Sequence record: MW349128.1 | Reading direction: 5' to 3' (one strand) | DNA: 64,000 nt | Part shown: positions 9,204 to 19,772 of the stretch, one piece after another | Layout: each line of letters starts with the position of its first letter | Position numbering within the stretch: position 1 is the first letter of the stretch | Made by a program: the position numbers and the translations under genes | The notes under the pieces: model-generated | The model's database searches: none | What the model was told of the DNA's origin: nothing | The model's input: only the letters and a program-made list of their open reading frames with translations

Positions 9204-11687
9204 ATGAAATGGAATTTGGCTGAAGAAAATAATAAAATAAATAATTCTTTTAATAATTTAGATAAAGACATTATTAAAAGTTTAGATCCTGAAGAAAATC
9301 CTAAAATACTAGGAAATAGTATTAACGATTTTAATAAAAGATTACCTAATATAAGAAGAAAAACTAGTCATAGAGATGAAAATGGTGGAGATTTATTATC
9401 TTTAGGTGCTAAAGTTACTGCCAAAGAAATGAGTAACAGTAGAAAGAATAAAACTGTATCTAAAGATGAGAGACAAAACTTTGTTAATGATTTTATTAAA
9501 GAGAATATAGATGATCAAGATTTTAGTACTGAAGTAGCTAGAATATCTAGATATGACGATTATCGTATTATAGATAAATTTATACCAGAAATTTCTGCTA
9601 GTATAGATGTATTCTCAACTTCAATTATAGCTCCTGATGATACTAGTAAGTTATCATTAATGTATAGATATAAATCTGACATTAATGAAAATAATGAAGA
9701 GAATAGAAAAGTTAAAAGAGAATTAGATCGTATTGTAGAAAAATACGATTTAAATAAATTAATATATCCTTCAGTAAGAGAAGGACTAATGTTAGGTGAT
9801 CTTTTCTATATTATTAAAGATACTAGAAAAGATTTTGAAGAAATACTTACTGAGAACGATGATGTTTTAGGTAGAGAAAGTTCTTCTGTTGATGATGCTA
9901 AAGTTATTAATGAATCATTTTTAGATGAAGAAATTAATAATGAAGACTTGGATATTTTGCTTAAGGAATTAAATAATCATATTGATGAAGGATCAATATA
10001 TAAAGATGAAAAGAATGTTAAATTACAAAAAGAAAATTTTAAAAATGAGATTCTTAAGAGTATTAATGAAAATGTAGAATTCTTTAAAAATTCTTCTGAA
10101 TTGCTTTCTGATGTTGGTAAATATAAAGGATCAAATGACCTTCAATCTTTCTTAGATAAAGCTCAAGGAAGTAACAGAGATAAAAAGATTAAAAGTGGAA
10201 CTACATACTTCCGTAATGTAAATCCTGAAGATATGATTAAATTAGAAGTTGATGGTTTATGTATTGGTTATCTTTATATTGAACCTGATTCTGGTACTGA
10301 TATTAGAGGAGGAGCAAATCCTTTATTAAGTGCTATGAACGGTATTATGGGAGATGGATATCAAAAACAATCCCAAATGGGTTCTATGCCAAATGGAATG
10401 GGAATAACTAATTTAGATCCTGTTACAGGTAATTCAGCTACAGGAGGAACAACTACTAATTCTAAAAATCCAAATGCTGGAATGAATGCTACATCAGGTT
10501 CTTACTTTGAAAATGGTAATACATTGATGGCTTATCAAGGTCTTGTAGACGTAATGGTTAAAGGTATCGCTCAAAAAATCGATATGGATTTTGTAAATAA
10601 AAATGATTCTTTTAAAGATGTTATATATCGTTTAATACGTAAAAATTATATTATTGAAAATGGTATTAAATTGACATACTTAGAACCTGAAGAAGTTGTA
10701 CATCATAAACTTGATAGTCAAAAGACATATGGAGTTTCAAGATTATATAAATCATTATTCTTTGCTAAATTATATTTAAGTACATTAATTACTACTATGA
10801 TGGTTAAAATAAATCAGTCAAGAGACAGACGTGTATTTAGAGTTAAATCTGGATTAGATGATGATTATGAAGGTACTGTAGAAGAAGTTATCCGTAATGT
10901 AAGATCTAGTGAAATGTCTTCTGGTATGTTTGGAGATGGAACATCAGTTCAAACAATGTTTAACCAAGTAGGTAATTTAGAGAACATGTACATTCCTGAG
11001 AATAAAGATGGTAATACACCTTTAGAAATAGATACCATTTCAGGTATTCAAATTGATATTAATGATGAATTCTTAGAATGGCTTAAGAAATCCGTTATTT
11101 CAGGTACAGGAGTACCTTTAAATTATATTGATTCTGAAGCTGAAACTGATTATGCAAGATCATTAGCAATGCAAAATAATGGATTTGTAAGAAAAGTAGT
11201 TAACTATCAAAATTCATTTGGAGATTTCTTTACTAAAGTATTAAGACGTTTATATTATTTAGAAAATAAAGAAACTAATAATGACAAAGATTATGAAGAA
11301 CTATTAGGAACTGTATCAGAAATAGAAGCATATTTCCCACCACCAGTATTTTTAAATTTAGGTAATTTAAATGAAGAAGTTGGTGCAGTAACACAAATGT
11401 TAGATTTCTTAGTTCCTTTATATACTCCAGAAACTGAAGACGAGACTGAAAATGATAAACTTAAGAGATTATTTAGGAAAGAATTAGTAACACAAGAATT
11501 TATGTCTAATTTATCTTATGATAGATTTGAAAATATTATTGAAAATGTTAAAAAAGATATAGAAAAAGATAATAAAGAAGATGAATTATCGAAAAAATCT
11601 GGCGATGATTCATTTGGTTCTGATGACAATGCAGGCGATGATTCATTTGGTTCTGATGATAATTCAGATGATAATAGTGATTTTTAA
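9204..11687 (+). CDS. Portal protein (T4 gp20-like)
   Basis: YDDYRIIDKFIPEISASID, YGVSRL, SRDRRVFRVKSG and EIDTISG resemble gp20-family blocks (RRVFYID, EIDTLPG). Confidence 0.7.
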   Translation: MKWNLAEENNKINNSFNNLDKDIIKSLDPEENPKILGNSINDFNKRLPNIRRKTSHRDENGGDLLSLGAKVTAKEMSNSRKNKTVSKDERQNFVNDFIKENIDDQDFSTEVARISRYDDYRIIDKFIPEISASIDVFSTSIIAPDDTSKLSLMYRYKSDINENNEENRKVKRELDRIVEKYDLNKLIYPSVREGLMLGDLFYIIKDTRKDFEEILTENDDVLGRESSSVDDAKVINESFLDEEINNEDLDILLKELNNHIDEGSIYKDEKNVKLQKENFKNEILKSINENVEFFKNSSELLSDVGKYKGSNDLQSFLDKAQGSNRDKKIKSGTTYFRNVNPEDMIKLEVDGLCIGYLYIEPDSGTDIRGGANPLLSAMNGIMGDGYQKQSQMGSMPNGMGITNLDPVTGNSATGGTTTNSKNPNAGMNATSGSYFENGNTLMAYQGLVDVMVKGIAQKIDMDFVNKNDSFKDVIYRLIRKNYIIENGIKLTYLEPEEVVHHKLDSQKTYGVSRLYKSLFFAKLYLSTLITTMMVKINQSRDRRVFRVKSGLDDDYEGTVEEVIRNVRSSEMSSGMFGDGTSVQTMFNQVGNLENMYIPENKDGNTPLEIDTISGIQIDINDEFLEWLKKSVISGTGVPLNYIDSEAETDYARSLAMQNNGFVRKVVNYQNSFGDFFTKVLRRLYYLENKETNNDKDYEELLGTVSEIEAYFPPPVFLNLGNLNEEVGAVTQMLDFLVPLYTPETEDETENDKLKRLFRKELVTQEFMSNLSYDRFENIIENVKKDIEKDNKEDELSKKSGDDSFGSDDNAGDDSFGSDDNSDDNSDF
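11601..11663 (+). repeat. 33-bp-period tandem duplication in the portal acidic tail
   Basis: GGCGATGATTCATTTGGTTCTGATGA occurs twice, encoding GDDSFGSDDN x2. Confidence 0.9.
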
Positions 11688-11735
11688 GATATAAAAATAA
11701 TTGAATAATGGTTTATTACAAATCATTATTCAATT

Positions 11736-11745
11736 ATATATTATA
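11736..11745 (+). promoter_or_regulatory. Early-type promoter motif ATATATTATA (representative)
   Basis: Also at 17526, 41413, 42609, 45734 and 62322; TATATTATA at 13751 and 54927; all intergenic and upstream of + strand non-structural units. Confidence 0.65.
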
Positions 11746-11793
11746 AACATGTAACAATATTTGATTTATTTATACTTAAGGAGAGATTAGGAT

Positions 11794-13710
11794 ATGAGTG
11801 AAGAAAAGTTAGTTTTGGATTTAAAATTGGGTAAATATAATAATTATTTACATTCAGATAATTATTATGAAATAATAGAAGAATTAAAGCAGGATATTAT
11901 TAATAACCCTAAAGATAGAATGAATGACTATTTTGAAGATAATATTTCTAAAAGTAATTATTTAACATTATTAATTTTAGGAAAACCTTTTAGAGAAATG
12001 AATAAGAAATTTACAGAAGAGTATTTAGTTAATCCAACTAATATTAATGAATACTATGATTATTTTGATAAAATTGTAGTGAACTTTATTAAAGAAGGAC
12101 ATGATCCTATTAAAATCAGTCAATCAATAGCTTATATCATTGATGAACTTACTATATTCTCAAATGAATATATTCTTCCTGTAGATGGACCTTCTATATC
12201 TTTATATGATATTATGAGATTAGCTAATGAAGATAAAGAAATTGAAAGATTAATTAATTTTGATAATGATGATATTGATCCTAATTTAACTTATCAACAA
12301 ATTATTAATGAAGTTCAAAAACCTAATATGGATAATCTTATTAAACATATTAAGATGGATAAAGAAAATGATTATAAAACTTTCTTAGAGTCAGGAACAG
12401 GTATAAATAAAATACAATTGAATGAGGTATTAAGTTTTGTAGGATTTAAACCTGATATTCGTGGAGATGTTGTTACTGATATTATTGATACTTCATTTAT
12501 GCGTGGATTAAAGAATACAACTCAATTTGCTATTGATGCAGAATCTTCTTTAAATGCATTAATGAACTCTAAGAATAAAGTTAGAGAATCAGGATACTTA
12601 AACCGTAAGATTACATTATTAACTTCAGATTTAAAACTATCAGATAATCATGATTGTGGTAGTAAGCATTTACTTTACTTTAATGTAGATAGTCAAGAAA
12701 AACTAGATCGTATTAATGATAGATATTATTATGATGATAACGATCAAGAATTTAAATTAATTGATAGTAGAAATGATGTTCATTTAATAGGGCAAATTGT
12801 ACCATTAAGATCTCCTATAACATGTGCTGAACCAAATGGTAAAATATGTCAAATGTGTTATGGAAGAAGACTATATGATATTAATAGAAATTTAGCAGTA
12901 GGTATCATAGCTACATTACAGTTAACAGAACCTATGACACAGAAATTACTTTCAACAAAGCATCTTCAAGCTGTTCAACTTTCTGAATTCTCATGGTCAG
13001 ATATATTTAATGAACACTTTGAATTCTCTGGTGATAATATTATTCCTCGTGATGAGAAAACTAAAGTTATTATAGATGATATGATTATTAATGAAGATAT
13101 TGATTATGGAAAATATAAAGCTAAATCATTTAAATTTAAAATAGGTACTAAAGTACATGAAGTTAAATCACCTGTTATTCTTAGAATACCGGATCAGAAA
13201 TTTGATTCAATTGAAAAATTCTACAATGAAGATGAAAATGCTTATGTATTTAATATGAAAGATTTAGGAGAGAATTTCTTATTTAATATTAAAATTAAAA
13301 ATGAAGGTGTCGCAGATCCACTTCTAAAAATTCGTTCTATATTAGAAAGAAGTAATTTTATTAAGAATGATTATGAAGAAAAAGATTATCAAAGAATGTT
13401 TAATGATGTAATGGATCTATTATTAAAATCAGGTACAGATGTTATGTCAGTTCATGTTGAGACTATTATTCGTAATATGGTATTCTTAAATGATACTATA
13501 TATAAAGATAGAGTGAAATATAAAGATCCTGACTTTAATCCTAAAATTACTTTACGTAATGTAGGTAACTCTATATTAAATTCACCTTCACCAGTACATT
13601 CATTGATATTTGAAAATGTTCGTGCTCAGCTTACTACAGATGAAACTAATGGATTCTTCAGTAAAGATGATGAATCTATGTTCGATCCGTTATTTGATTT
13701 TGATATTTAA
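11794..13710 (+). CDS. rpoC: Multisubunit RNA polymerase beta' C-terminal subunit, probably non-virion RNAP
   Basis: RESGYLNRKI (bridge helix), HDCG, LRSPITC..KICQMCYG (Zn site), VGIIATLQLTEPMTQ (trigger loop). The early-type motif upstream suggests non-virion RNAP (inference). Confidence 0.9.
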   Translation: MSEEKLVLDLKLGKYNNYLHSDNYYEIIEELKQDIINNPKDRMNDYFEDNISKSNYLTLLILGKPFREMNKKFTEEYLVNPTNINEYYDYFDKIVVNFIKEGHDPIKISQSIAYIIDELTIFSNEYILPVDGPSISLYDIMRLANEDKEIERLINFDNDDIDPNLTYQQIINEVQKPNMDNLIKHIKMDKENDYKTFLESGTGINKIQLNEVLSFVGFKPDIRGDVVTDIIDTSFMRGLKNTTQFAIDAESSLNALMNSKNKVRESGYLNRKITLLTSDLKLSDNHDCGSKHLLYFNVDSQEKLDRINDRYYYDDNDQEFKLIDSRNDVHLIGQIVPLRSPITCAEPNGKICQMCYGRRLYDINRNLAVGIIATLQLTEPMTQKLLSTKHLQAVQLSEFSWSDIFNEHFEFSGDNIIPRDEKTKVIIDDMIINEDIDYGKYKAKSFKFKIGTKVHEVKSPVILRIPDQKFDSIEKFYNEDENAYVFNMKDLGENFLFNIKIKNEGVADPLLKIRSILERSNFIKNDYEEKDYQRMFNDVMDLLLKSGTDVMSVHVETIIRNMVFLNDTIYKDRVKYKDPDFNPKITLRNVGNSILNSPSPVHSLIFENVRAQLTTDETNGFFSKDDESMFDPLFDFDI

Positions 13711-13721
13711 TAATTGATTTA

Positions 13722-13751
13722 ACCAAACTCTAATTAACTTTAGAGTTTGGT
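13722..13751 (+). terminator. Hairpin terminator
   Basis: ACCAAACTCTAA/TTAGAGTTTGGT inverted repeat after the rpoC stop. Confidence 0.7.
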
Positions 13752-13786
13752 ATATTATATAAAAATTACTAAGGAGGAATTTAAGT

Positions 13787-14080
13787 ATGATTAATGAAGA
13801 AAATATTTTTAATGATAATTTATTAGAGAAGTTTCATTATGATAAAGATGAATTACTAAAGGTGATATTTAAAAATTGTGATGTGGTATTTGACAATATT
13901 AATGACGATGGTGAACGAAATATATATTTAATTTCTGATGCTGATATTAATGATAAATATGTACTTTCATTCTTATTAACTAAAGATGATATACCTGTAT
14001 CTTCACATAGTTTTTCTATTGAAGATATTTATGAGTTTGAAGATTTAAATAAAAAGATAATTAGAGAAATTAATTCGTAA
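13787..14080 (+). CDS. Hypothetical protein
   Basis: 97 aa, AAGGAGG RBS. Confidence 0.8.
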   Translation: MINEENIFNDNLLEKFHYDKDELLKVIFKNCDVVFDNINDDGERNIYLISDADINDKYVLSFLLTKDDIPVSSHSFSIEDIYEFEDLNKKIIREINS

Positions 14081-14149
14081 AAAATTAAAAATTTATAATA
14101 ACTGATAGATATAAAATTTTAAAATTATATAGAATGGAGAATTTTCAAT

Positions 14150-14608
14150 ATGCTGAAAGTTACTAAATTAAAAGAATTAGAATACCCTAAAGAAGTTACA
14201 ATTGAGTTAAATACAGAAGATAAATACTTAAAAGAGATTAAAGATGCTTTTTTCAATTCAGAAAAAGGTACTTTTTCTATTACTAAATTAATTAATGAAA
14301 ATGTTGAAGATTATTTAAAATACTCAAAAGATGGTATTACATCTAAAGATATTTATAAATTAAATATTATTGTAGATAAAGAAGAAGATCAACAGATTAC
14401 TTTAATTAAAGCTGAAGAAAATAATCAATTCAAAGAAGGTTTATTCTATGTTGTTTCTGATATTTTATTCGGTCCTATGCCTGTATATGTTAATTTAGAA
14501 GATGAAAATGCTACATTTGATCTTTCAGGAATGTTTAAAGCTGATGGACCTGATATCTTTGAAACAATTAGCAACGTATTTTCTTCTACAATTGAAATTA
14601 ATAAATAA
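14150..14608 (+). CDS. Hypothetical protein
   Basis: 152 aa, GGAG RBS. Confidence 0.8.
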   Translation: MLKVTKLKELEYPKEVTIELNTEDKYLKEIKDAFFNSEKGTFSITKLINENVEDYLKYSKDGITSKDIYKLNIIVDKEEDQQITLIKAEENNQFKEGLFYVVSDILFGPMPVYVNLEDENATFDLSGMFKADGPDIFETISNVFSSTIEINK

Positions 14609-14616
14609 GAAAGTAG

Positions 14617-16173
14617 TTGAAAATTATGGTAGTTTTAAATAAAACAAGAAAAATAAAAGTGTCGGTTTATCCGACACGAATTCTTGTTGAAAATTATGAA
14701 CTAGGATATTGTTCAGCAATAGAGAAATATCTATCTGTATGGGATAAAATATACTTTAAACATACGTATAAAGCTTTCGTATATAATGAAGAAGAGAAAA
14801 CTATATCGTTTCCTGCTGGAATAAATATGAAGATACTAATTCAGTCATTACAAAATCATGGAGAAGTAGATTTTCAAGATTTTAGAAAAGTAGACAATTT
14901 ATATTTTAAACCTAAAAAGAATTATGATGTAGAAATGAATTTTAAACCAAGAGATTTATTACAAAAGAAATCTATTGAATTCTTAAACGCTTTTAGTATA
15001 TATGAAGCTTCAACTCAGAAATTTTTATCACTTAAAACTGGTGAAGGTAAAACTTTTTGTGCTTTAAAAAGTGTTATTGATCGTCAGTTAGTTCCTATGA
15101 TATTTGTCAATAATAATAAACTTAAAGAACAATGGTTTGATAAGATTAAAGAATATACCAATATTGATGATGAAAGAATATATATTATTCAAGGTAAATC
15201 AAGTATTAATAAATTATTTAAAATGAAGTCTGATGAACGTAATAAAATAGATTTCTATATAGTTATGTATAAGACATTAAATTCATTTATAGAAGACGAC
15301 ATTGAAAAACTACAAGAACTAATATTTAAAACTAAAGTATCTATTAAGATATTTGATGAAGCACATTTAGACTTTAGAAGTTTAACAAATATAGATATAC
15401 AAACAGATTTACCGTCTATATATCTCTCTGCAACTCCTGAAAGATCTGATAAATCAGAGAACTTTGTATTTAATAATATATTCTTAAATGTTCCTATATT
15501 TAGATCTGACAATTATGATAAACAAATAGCTTCTAATAGAAAGATACCATCTAAATATCATGATGTGTTCATTATACGCTACAATAGTGAACCTAGTGAA
15601 ACAGAGCTAGCAGATTTTGTTTCAGCATCAAGAAGAAATGGTCTTAATGTAAATCATTACAGTAAATATCTTATAGATAAAGATGAGAGAAAAGATAAAT
15701 ATTTTGATATGATATTTAATATCATTAATGAAGTTATTATGAAAAAAGAAATAAGAAAAACTGTCGTTATGTTTAAATTGAAAAATATGATAGATGAGTT
15801 TTATTACTATTTAGAAGAAAAATTAGGTAAAGAAGGATTAGAATTTCTAAACTGTATTCGCTACTATGATGGAATTGATAAAGAAGAAAAATCTAAAGTA
15901 TTAGAATCTAATCTAATAATTACTACAGATTTATCTTTAGGAACAGGTATAGACATACCTGATCTCAAAGCTGTCATTAATACAGTTCCATTATCTTCTG
16001 AAAGTAAAGTTATACAGATAATGGGAAGATTACGCTATATTGAAAATGAAAAATTGATGTATTTTGATTTTGTCGATCATGGTTTTAAAAAACTAGTAAC
16101 GCAAGCTAATAATAGATTAAAAAATGTATTTAAGAAAAAAGCTTTAAACGTTACTGATTTTAAGTTAAAATAA
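14617..16173 (+). CDS. Superfamily 2 helicase (UvsW/Rad25-like)
   Basis: TGEGKT, DEAH, SATP, GTGIDIP, QIMGRLR. Confidence 0.92.
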   Translation: MKIMVVLNKTRKIKVSVYPTRILVENYELGYCSAIEKYLSVWDKIYFKHTYKAFVYNEEEKTISFPAGINMKILIQSLQNHGEVDFQDFRKVDNLYFKPKKNYDVEMNFKPRDLLQKKSIEFLNAFSIYEASTQKFLSLKTGEGKTFCALKSVIDRQLVPMIFVNNNKLKEQWFDKIKEYTNIDDERIYIIQGKSSINKLFKMKSDERNKIDFYIVMYKTLNSFIEDDIEKLQELIFKTKVSIKIFDEAHLDFRSLTNIDIQTDLPSIYLSATPERSDKSENFVFNNIFLNVPIFRSDNYDKQIASNRKIPSKYHDVFIIRYNSEPSETELADFVSASRRNGLNVNHYSKYLIDKDERKDKYFDMIFNIINEVIMKKEIRKTVVMFKLKNMIDEFYYYLEEKLGKEGLEFLNCIRYYDGIDKEEKSKVLESNLIITTDLSLGTGIDIPDLKAVINTVPLSSESKVIQIMGRLRYIENEKLMYFDFVDHGFKKLVTQANNRLKNVFKKKALNVTDFKLK

Positions 16174-16193
16174 AGAAAGGTAGTTGAGGTATT

Positions 16194-16907
16194 GTGACAC
16201 GTATATCTCGTAAAGAGGCAATTGATAATTATCAATACCTCAACGAATTATTTATAAATGTAAGAAGAGATATTAATAAATTTCTATCAGATGAGATATT
16301 TAAAATTAATCATACTAGTTTTAAATCATCTATTATTAAAAATATTAAATCTAATTTTGATATAGTTGAAAATAAGAATAATATATCCCTTTTAATCTTA
16401 AACAAATTTATTGAATTTGATATTTACGAAGGTATTATATTCTTATATGACTTAGAAGAGAATATTGAATTTTTAAAAGAATCAATTAATAATCAAATAA
16501 ATATATTAGAAAATAAAATAGACACTAGAAAAAATACTATCGAAATTATGAATAGAAATAATAAAAAATATAATAGAGAATTAGAAGATAAGAATAATGA
16601 ATTAATTGAAAAAATTAAACTAGGTTCTTTATCTAATGCATTATTAAATCTAGTAGGTATGGATAATTCATTTAAAATTAAAAAAGAAATAAATGAATTA
16701 AAAGAGAGAATCTATAGTAATGAAGAGTTATTAGATAAGAATAATAAAGAATTAAACTCACTTCAAAAAGAAAAAGATACAATTAGTAAATATGACTTCA
16801 GATTTGCTAATAAAGATTTCATTATCAATAAGATAAATGGTTTCTTACAGTATTTTAGAAATGAATATGGTTTTGAATTTTACATTAAATATGAAGGTAG
16901 GTTATAA
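16194..16907 (+). CDS. Hypothetical coiled-coil protein
   Basis: 237 aa, heptad-rich C-terminal half. Confidence 0.75.
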   Translation: MTRISRKEAIDNYQYLNELFINVRRDINKFLSDEIFKINHTSFKSSIIKNIKSNFDIVENKNNISLLILNKFIEFDIYEGIIFLYDLEENIEFLKESINNQINILENKIDTRKNTIEIMNRNNKKYNRELEDKNNELIEKIKLGSLSNALLNLVGMDNSFKIKKEINELKERIYSNEELLDKNNKELNSLQKEKDTISKYDFRFANKDFIINKINGFLQYFRNEYGFEFYIKYEGRL

Positions 16908-16909
16908 GA

Positions 16910-17515
16910 TTGATAGAATTTGAAGAAAAATTGCCAGCGTTAAATATAATAGTTTCTGCAGTAACTACTTCACCTAAAACTAATACTGAATTTATCAATA
17001 TGACATTTATGGTAGATAGTCCTAAATTTAAAGACTTGTATTTAGAATTCTCAGATATAGATCTAAATGAAGTATTTAAAAATGAAATGCTTAAGGATGC
17101 ATATGAAAAAGGTCAATTGTCTGAATATACTAAGATTGATAAAACGTTAGATGATTATAACTTGAGATTAATTAAAGATGATACAGTTATTCAAGTTCAA
17201 CGTATTAGAGATTATTTTGAAGGTCTTTCTGAATATGCAGATAAATTAGTTTTCTGGATAGATGAAATAACTTTATGGAGTCAATTAATTGAATTGGTAT
17301 ACGGTGGATCTTCAGATAACACTTATGAATTTCCTTCATATATTGATTTCCAACCTATTGATGTGAAATCAGTAGTAAGAATGTCTAGTATTAAAGATGG
17401 TGATTATTCTTATGCAGAAGAATTAATGGGAACAAATGAATCTATGACTGATTCCTCATTATCAATTGCATCATTATTATTGTCATTCATTAAGAAAGCA
17501 AAAATTTTAGATTAA
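16910..17515 (+). CDS. Hypothetical protein, possibly a degenerate DEDDh (Rv2179c-like) exonuclease fold
   Basis: LYLEFSDID, W..LIEL.YG...FP..IDFQPIDVKS resemble that family, but the catalytic D-x-E and H..D are not visible. Confidence 0.45.
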   Translation: MIEFEEKLPALNIIVSAVTTSPKTNTEFINMTFMVDSPKFKDLYLEFSDIDLNEVFKNEMLKDAYEKGQLSEYTKIDKTLDDYNLRLIKDDTVIQVQRIRDYFEGLSEYADKLVFWIDEITLWSQLIELVYGGSSDNTYEFPSYIDFQPIDVKSVVRMSSIKDGDYSYAEELMGTNESMTDSSLSIASLLLSFIKKAKILD

Positions 17516-17580
17516 AAATTTAAATATATATTATATAAAAGTAGTAATACAAAAATTATTTTATTAGGAGAGATTTTATT

Positions 17581-18786
17581 ATGTTAACAAATTTCAAAGA
17601 CCATCTATACCGAGGACAAAATGTTTCAGTTTCAATTTACACACTATTTGCTAGAAAGAATAAAAACACTGGTAATGCTATTAATGGTGAATATATCAAT
17701 ACTTATAAATCAAGTCAATATAACAATATTCCATTTTTAAGTGAAATTGAAAATAACGGTAATCATTATATTTCATTCTCTTACAGTAAATTTCAACAAG
17801 GTCAAGCACCTATCTCAGAGGATGTATTAATTAGTTATCCACATTTACAAGAATTTAATAATTTCTTAAAAGCTACTTACAAGAGTATTGGTGAAAACTT
17901 TAATAGTATTTTCCAAAATAATCAAGTAACTGCTGAGTATCAAAATCATATTTGGCAATCACCTAGTTTAGTTTCAGGTAAAGGTATTGCTTTCGCTCCA
18001 ACTACAATTGTTAATAAACGTACTAATTCAACTGAAATTGGTTTTGCTATTATTGTAAATGATAATAATAAATATGATTTCATTTCAGCAAATGCTTTTA
18101 TTAGTTTAGTTAATTTATTAGTTAGAATTACTAATGATCCTTTAACATTTAGAAATCAATGTGTACAAGCTGAAATGCAAGCTAAAGAAATTGAGAATAA
18201 TCAATTACTTAAAGGATTATTAAGAGCACAAGGTTTACCAACTGATATGTCTAATCACCATATGGATGAGAAAGCTTCATACAATAATGCTCCAAGACAA
18301 CAAAATAACTCAGGTGGATTTAATCAACAAAATAATGGTTTTGGAAATTTCGGTAACAATAATGGAGGATTCAATCAACAACAGAATAATGCTCCTCAAC
18401 AATCAAATAACCAATTTGGTAATTTTAATCAACCTCAACAACAGCAACAATCAAATCCAAATCCTTTCGGTAATGTAAATAATACACCACAAAATCAACA
18501 ACAAAGTACTCCGGAAAATCCTTTTGGTGCAGTGGATAATATTTCTGATGACGATTTACCTTTTGCTGATAAAACAGAAACTAACAATCAACAAGATGAT
18601 AGACAAATTGATAAATCTACAATGTTTAAAGATGCAGATGTTAATAAAGAATCTGGATCTATGGAAGACTTATCAAATAATGTAAATGAAGAAAATGGTG
18701 AAGATCAAGGTAGATCACAATCATTATTAGATAAATTTACAAGTAAAAGTAAAGAATTAGATAAAGATGACGATTTAGGAATTTAA
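17581..18786 (+). CDS. Putative ssDNA-binding or SSB-tail-bearing protein with N/Q/G/F low-complexity region
   Basis: N/Q-rich linker followed by NPFGAVDNISDDDLPF, like the Firmicutes SSB C-terminus, then an acidic extension. Confidence 0.55.
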   Translation: MLTNFKDHLYRGQNVSVSIYTLFARKNKNTGNAINGEYINTYKSSQYNNIPFLSEIENNGNHYISFSYSKFQQGQAPISEDVLISYPHLQEFNNFLKATYKSIGENFNSIFQNNQVTAEYQNHIWQSPSLVSGKGIAFAPTTIVNKRTNSTEIGFAIIVNDNNKYDFISANAFISLVNLLVRITNDPLTFRNQCVQAEMQAKEIENNQLLKGLLRAQGLPTDMSNHHMDEKASYNNAPRQQNNSGGFNQQNNGFGNFGNNNGGFNQQQNNAPQQSNNQFGNFNQPQQQQQSNPNPFGNVNNTPQNQQQSTPENPFGAVDNISDDDLPFADKTETNNQQDDRQIDKSTMFKDADVNKESGSMEDLSNNVNEENGEDQGRSQSLLDKFTSKSKELDKDDDLGI

Positions 18787-18792
18787 TAAATA

Positions 18793-18822
18793 AGGTATAA
18801 TGTGATTAATTTCACATTATAC
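18793..18822 (+). terminator. Hairpin terminator
   Basis: GGTATAATGTGA/TCACATTATACC. Confidence 0.7.
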
Positions 18823-18866
18823 CAATATTATATTTATTTTTTATATACTGTAAGGAGATTATGTAA

Positions 18867-19715
18867 ATGAAAAACAATAGAGACGTTTCAGATGAATTAG
18901 AAAGAATTATATCTAATGTAGACGAAGTTGATGTTAAATCAGTATTTAAAGATGTCAGATATACTGAATTAAATGATGAAATGGAAGATCAAGAAGAGCA
19001 ATCAAATTCTTCAAAATATCATGGTAGTATACAAGGAATTGTTACTAAAGAAGAATATGATAAATTACCTTATTTAGGTAAAAAGGTAATCCAATTTATG
19101 GAAAATATTGTAGGCGATAAAGAAGGAATGACTTTCGAAGAATATTTTGAAAGATATGCTAAAGTATATGGTGAAGGTGAAATCGATTCATTTAAAAACA
19201 CTATGTATAGATTAAAGAGTAGTAAAGTATTTACTATACATTCATTAATTAGTATTTGTGAAGTAATCGGATATAAAGTTTCATTAGTTTCAGAAGAATT
19301 TAAAGATAAAGATGAATTAACTTTATATAATCCTAAAAGAAAAACTAAGACATCTAAATTTTCAGGTAAACTAGGATTTAAATTAATGCCGGATGTTTTA
19401 TATGAAGAATATATATTAGAATTTGTGGATTTCTTAGAAATATTAGGTAATGAAGGTTATACATTTGAAATGTTATTTGGTGAGCTAGAAAAGAATTCAG
19501 ATGAAGTTAATGTAGTAAGTAAATTAAAATCATCTTTAGATAAAATGATCAAACAAGGAAAATTAACTTGGAAGACTATGGAAACAGTCATCAATTCTTT
19601 AGGAATGAATTTAAAAATAGAATTCATTAAAGAAACAATAGATACAGATGAGATAAATAAAATGGATGCAAGTAATAAAATAGAACTTTCTGATGATGAT
19701 ATTATTAGAGGTTAA
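18867..19715 (+). CDS. Putative DNA-binding protein with two HTH (XRE-like) repeats
   Basis: Two similar blocks, MTFEEYF..TIHSLISICEVIGYKVSLV and YTFEMLF..TWKTMETVINSLGMNLKIEF. Confidence 0.5.
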   Translation: MKNNRDVSDELERIISNVDEVDVKSVFKDVRYTELNDEMEDQEEQSNSSKYHGSIQGIVTKEEYDKLPYLGKKVIQFMENIVGDKEGMTFEEYFERYAKVYGEGEIDSFKNTMYRLKSSKVFTIHSLISICEVIGYKVSLVSEEFKDKDELTLYNPKRKTKTSKFSGKLGFKLMPDVLYEEYILEFVDFLEILGNEGYTFEMLFGELEKNSDEVNVVSKLKSSLDKMIKQGKLTWKTMETVINSLGMNLKIEFIKETIDTDEINKMDASNKIELSDDDIIRG

Positions 19716-19723
19716 AAATATAA

Positions 19724-19755
19724 TCCCCAATACCTATTAATTTAGGTATTGGGGA
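19724..19755. terminator. Bidirectional palindromic terminator, CCCAATACCT family
   Basis: TCCCCAATACCT-N8-AGGTATTGGGGA between convergent genes. Confidence 0.85.
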
Positions 19756-19772
19756 AATTTTATTATTTTTTT

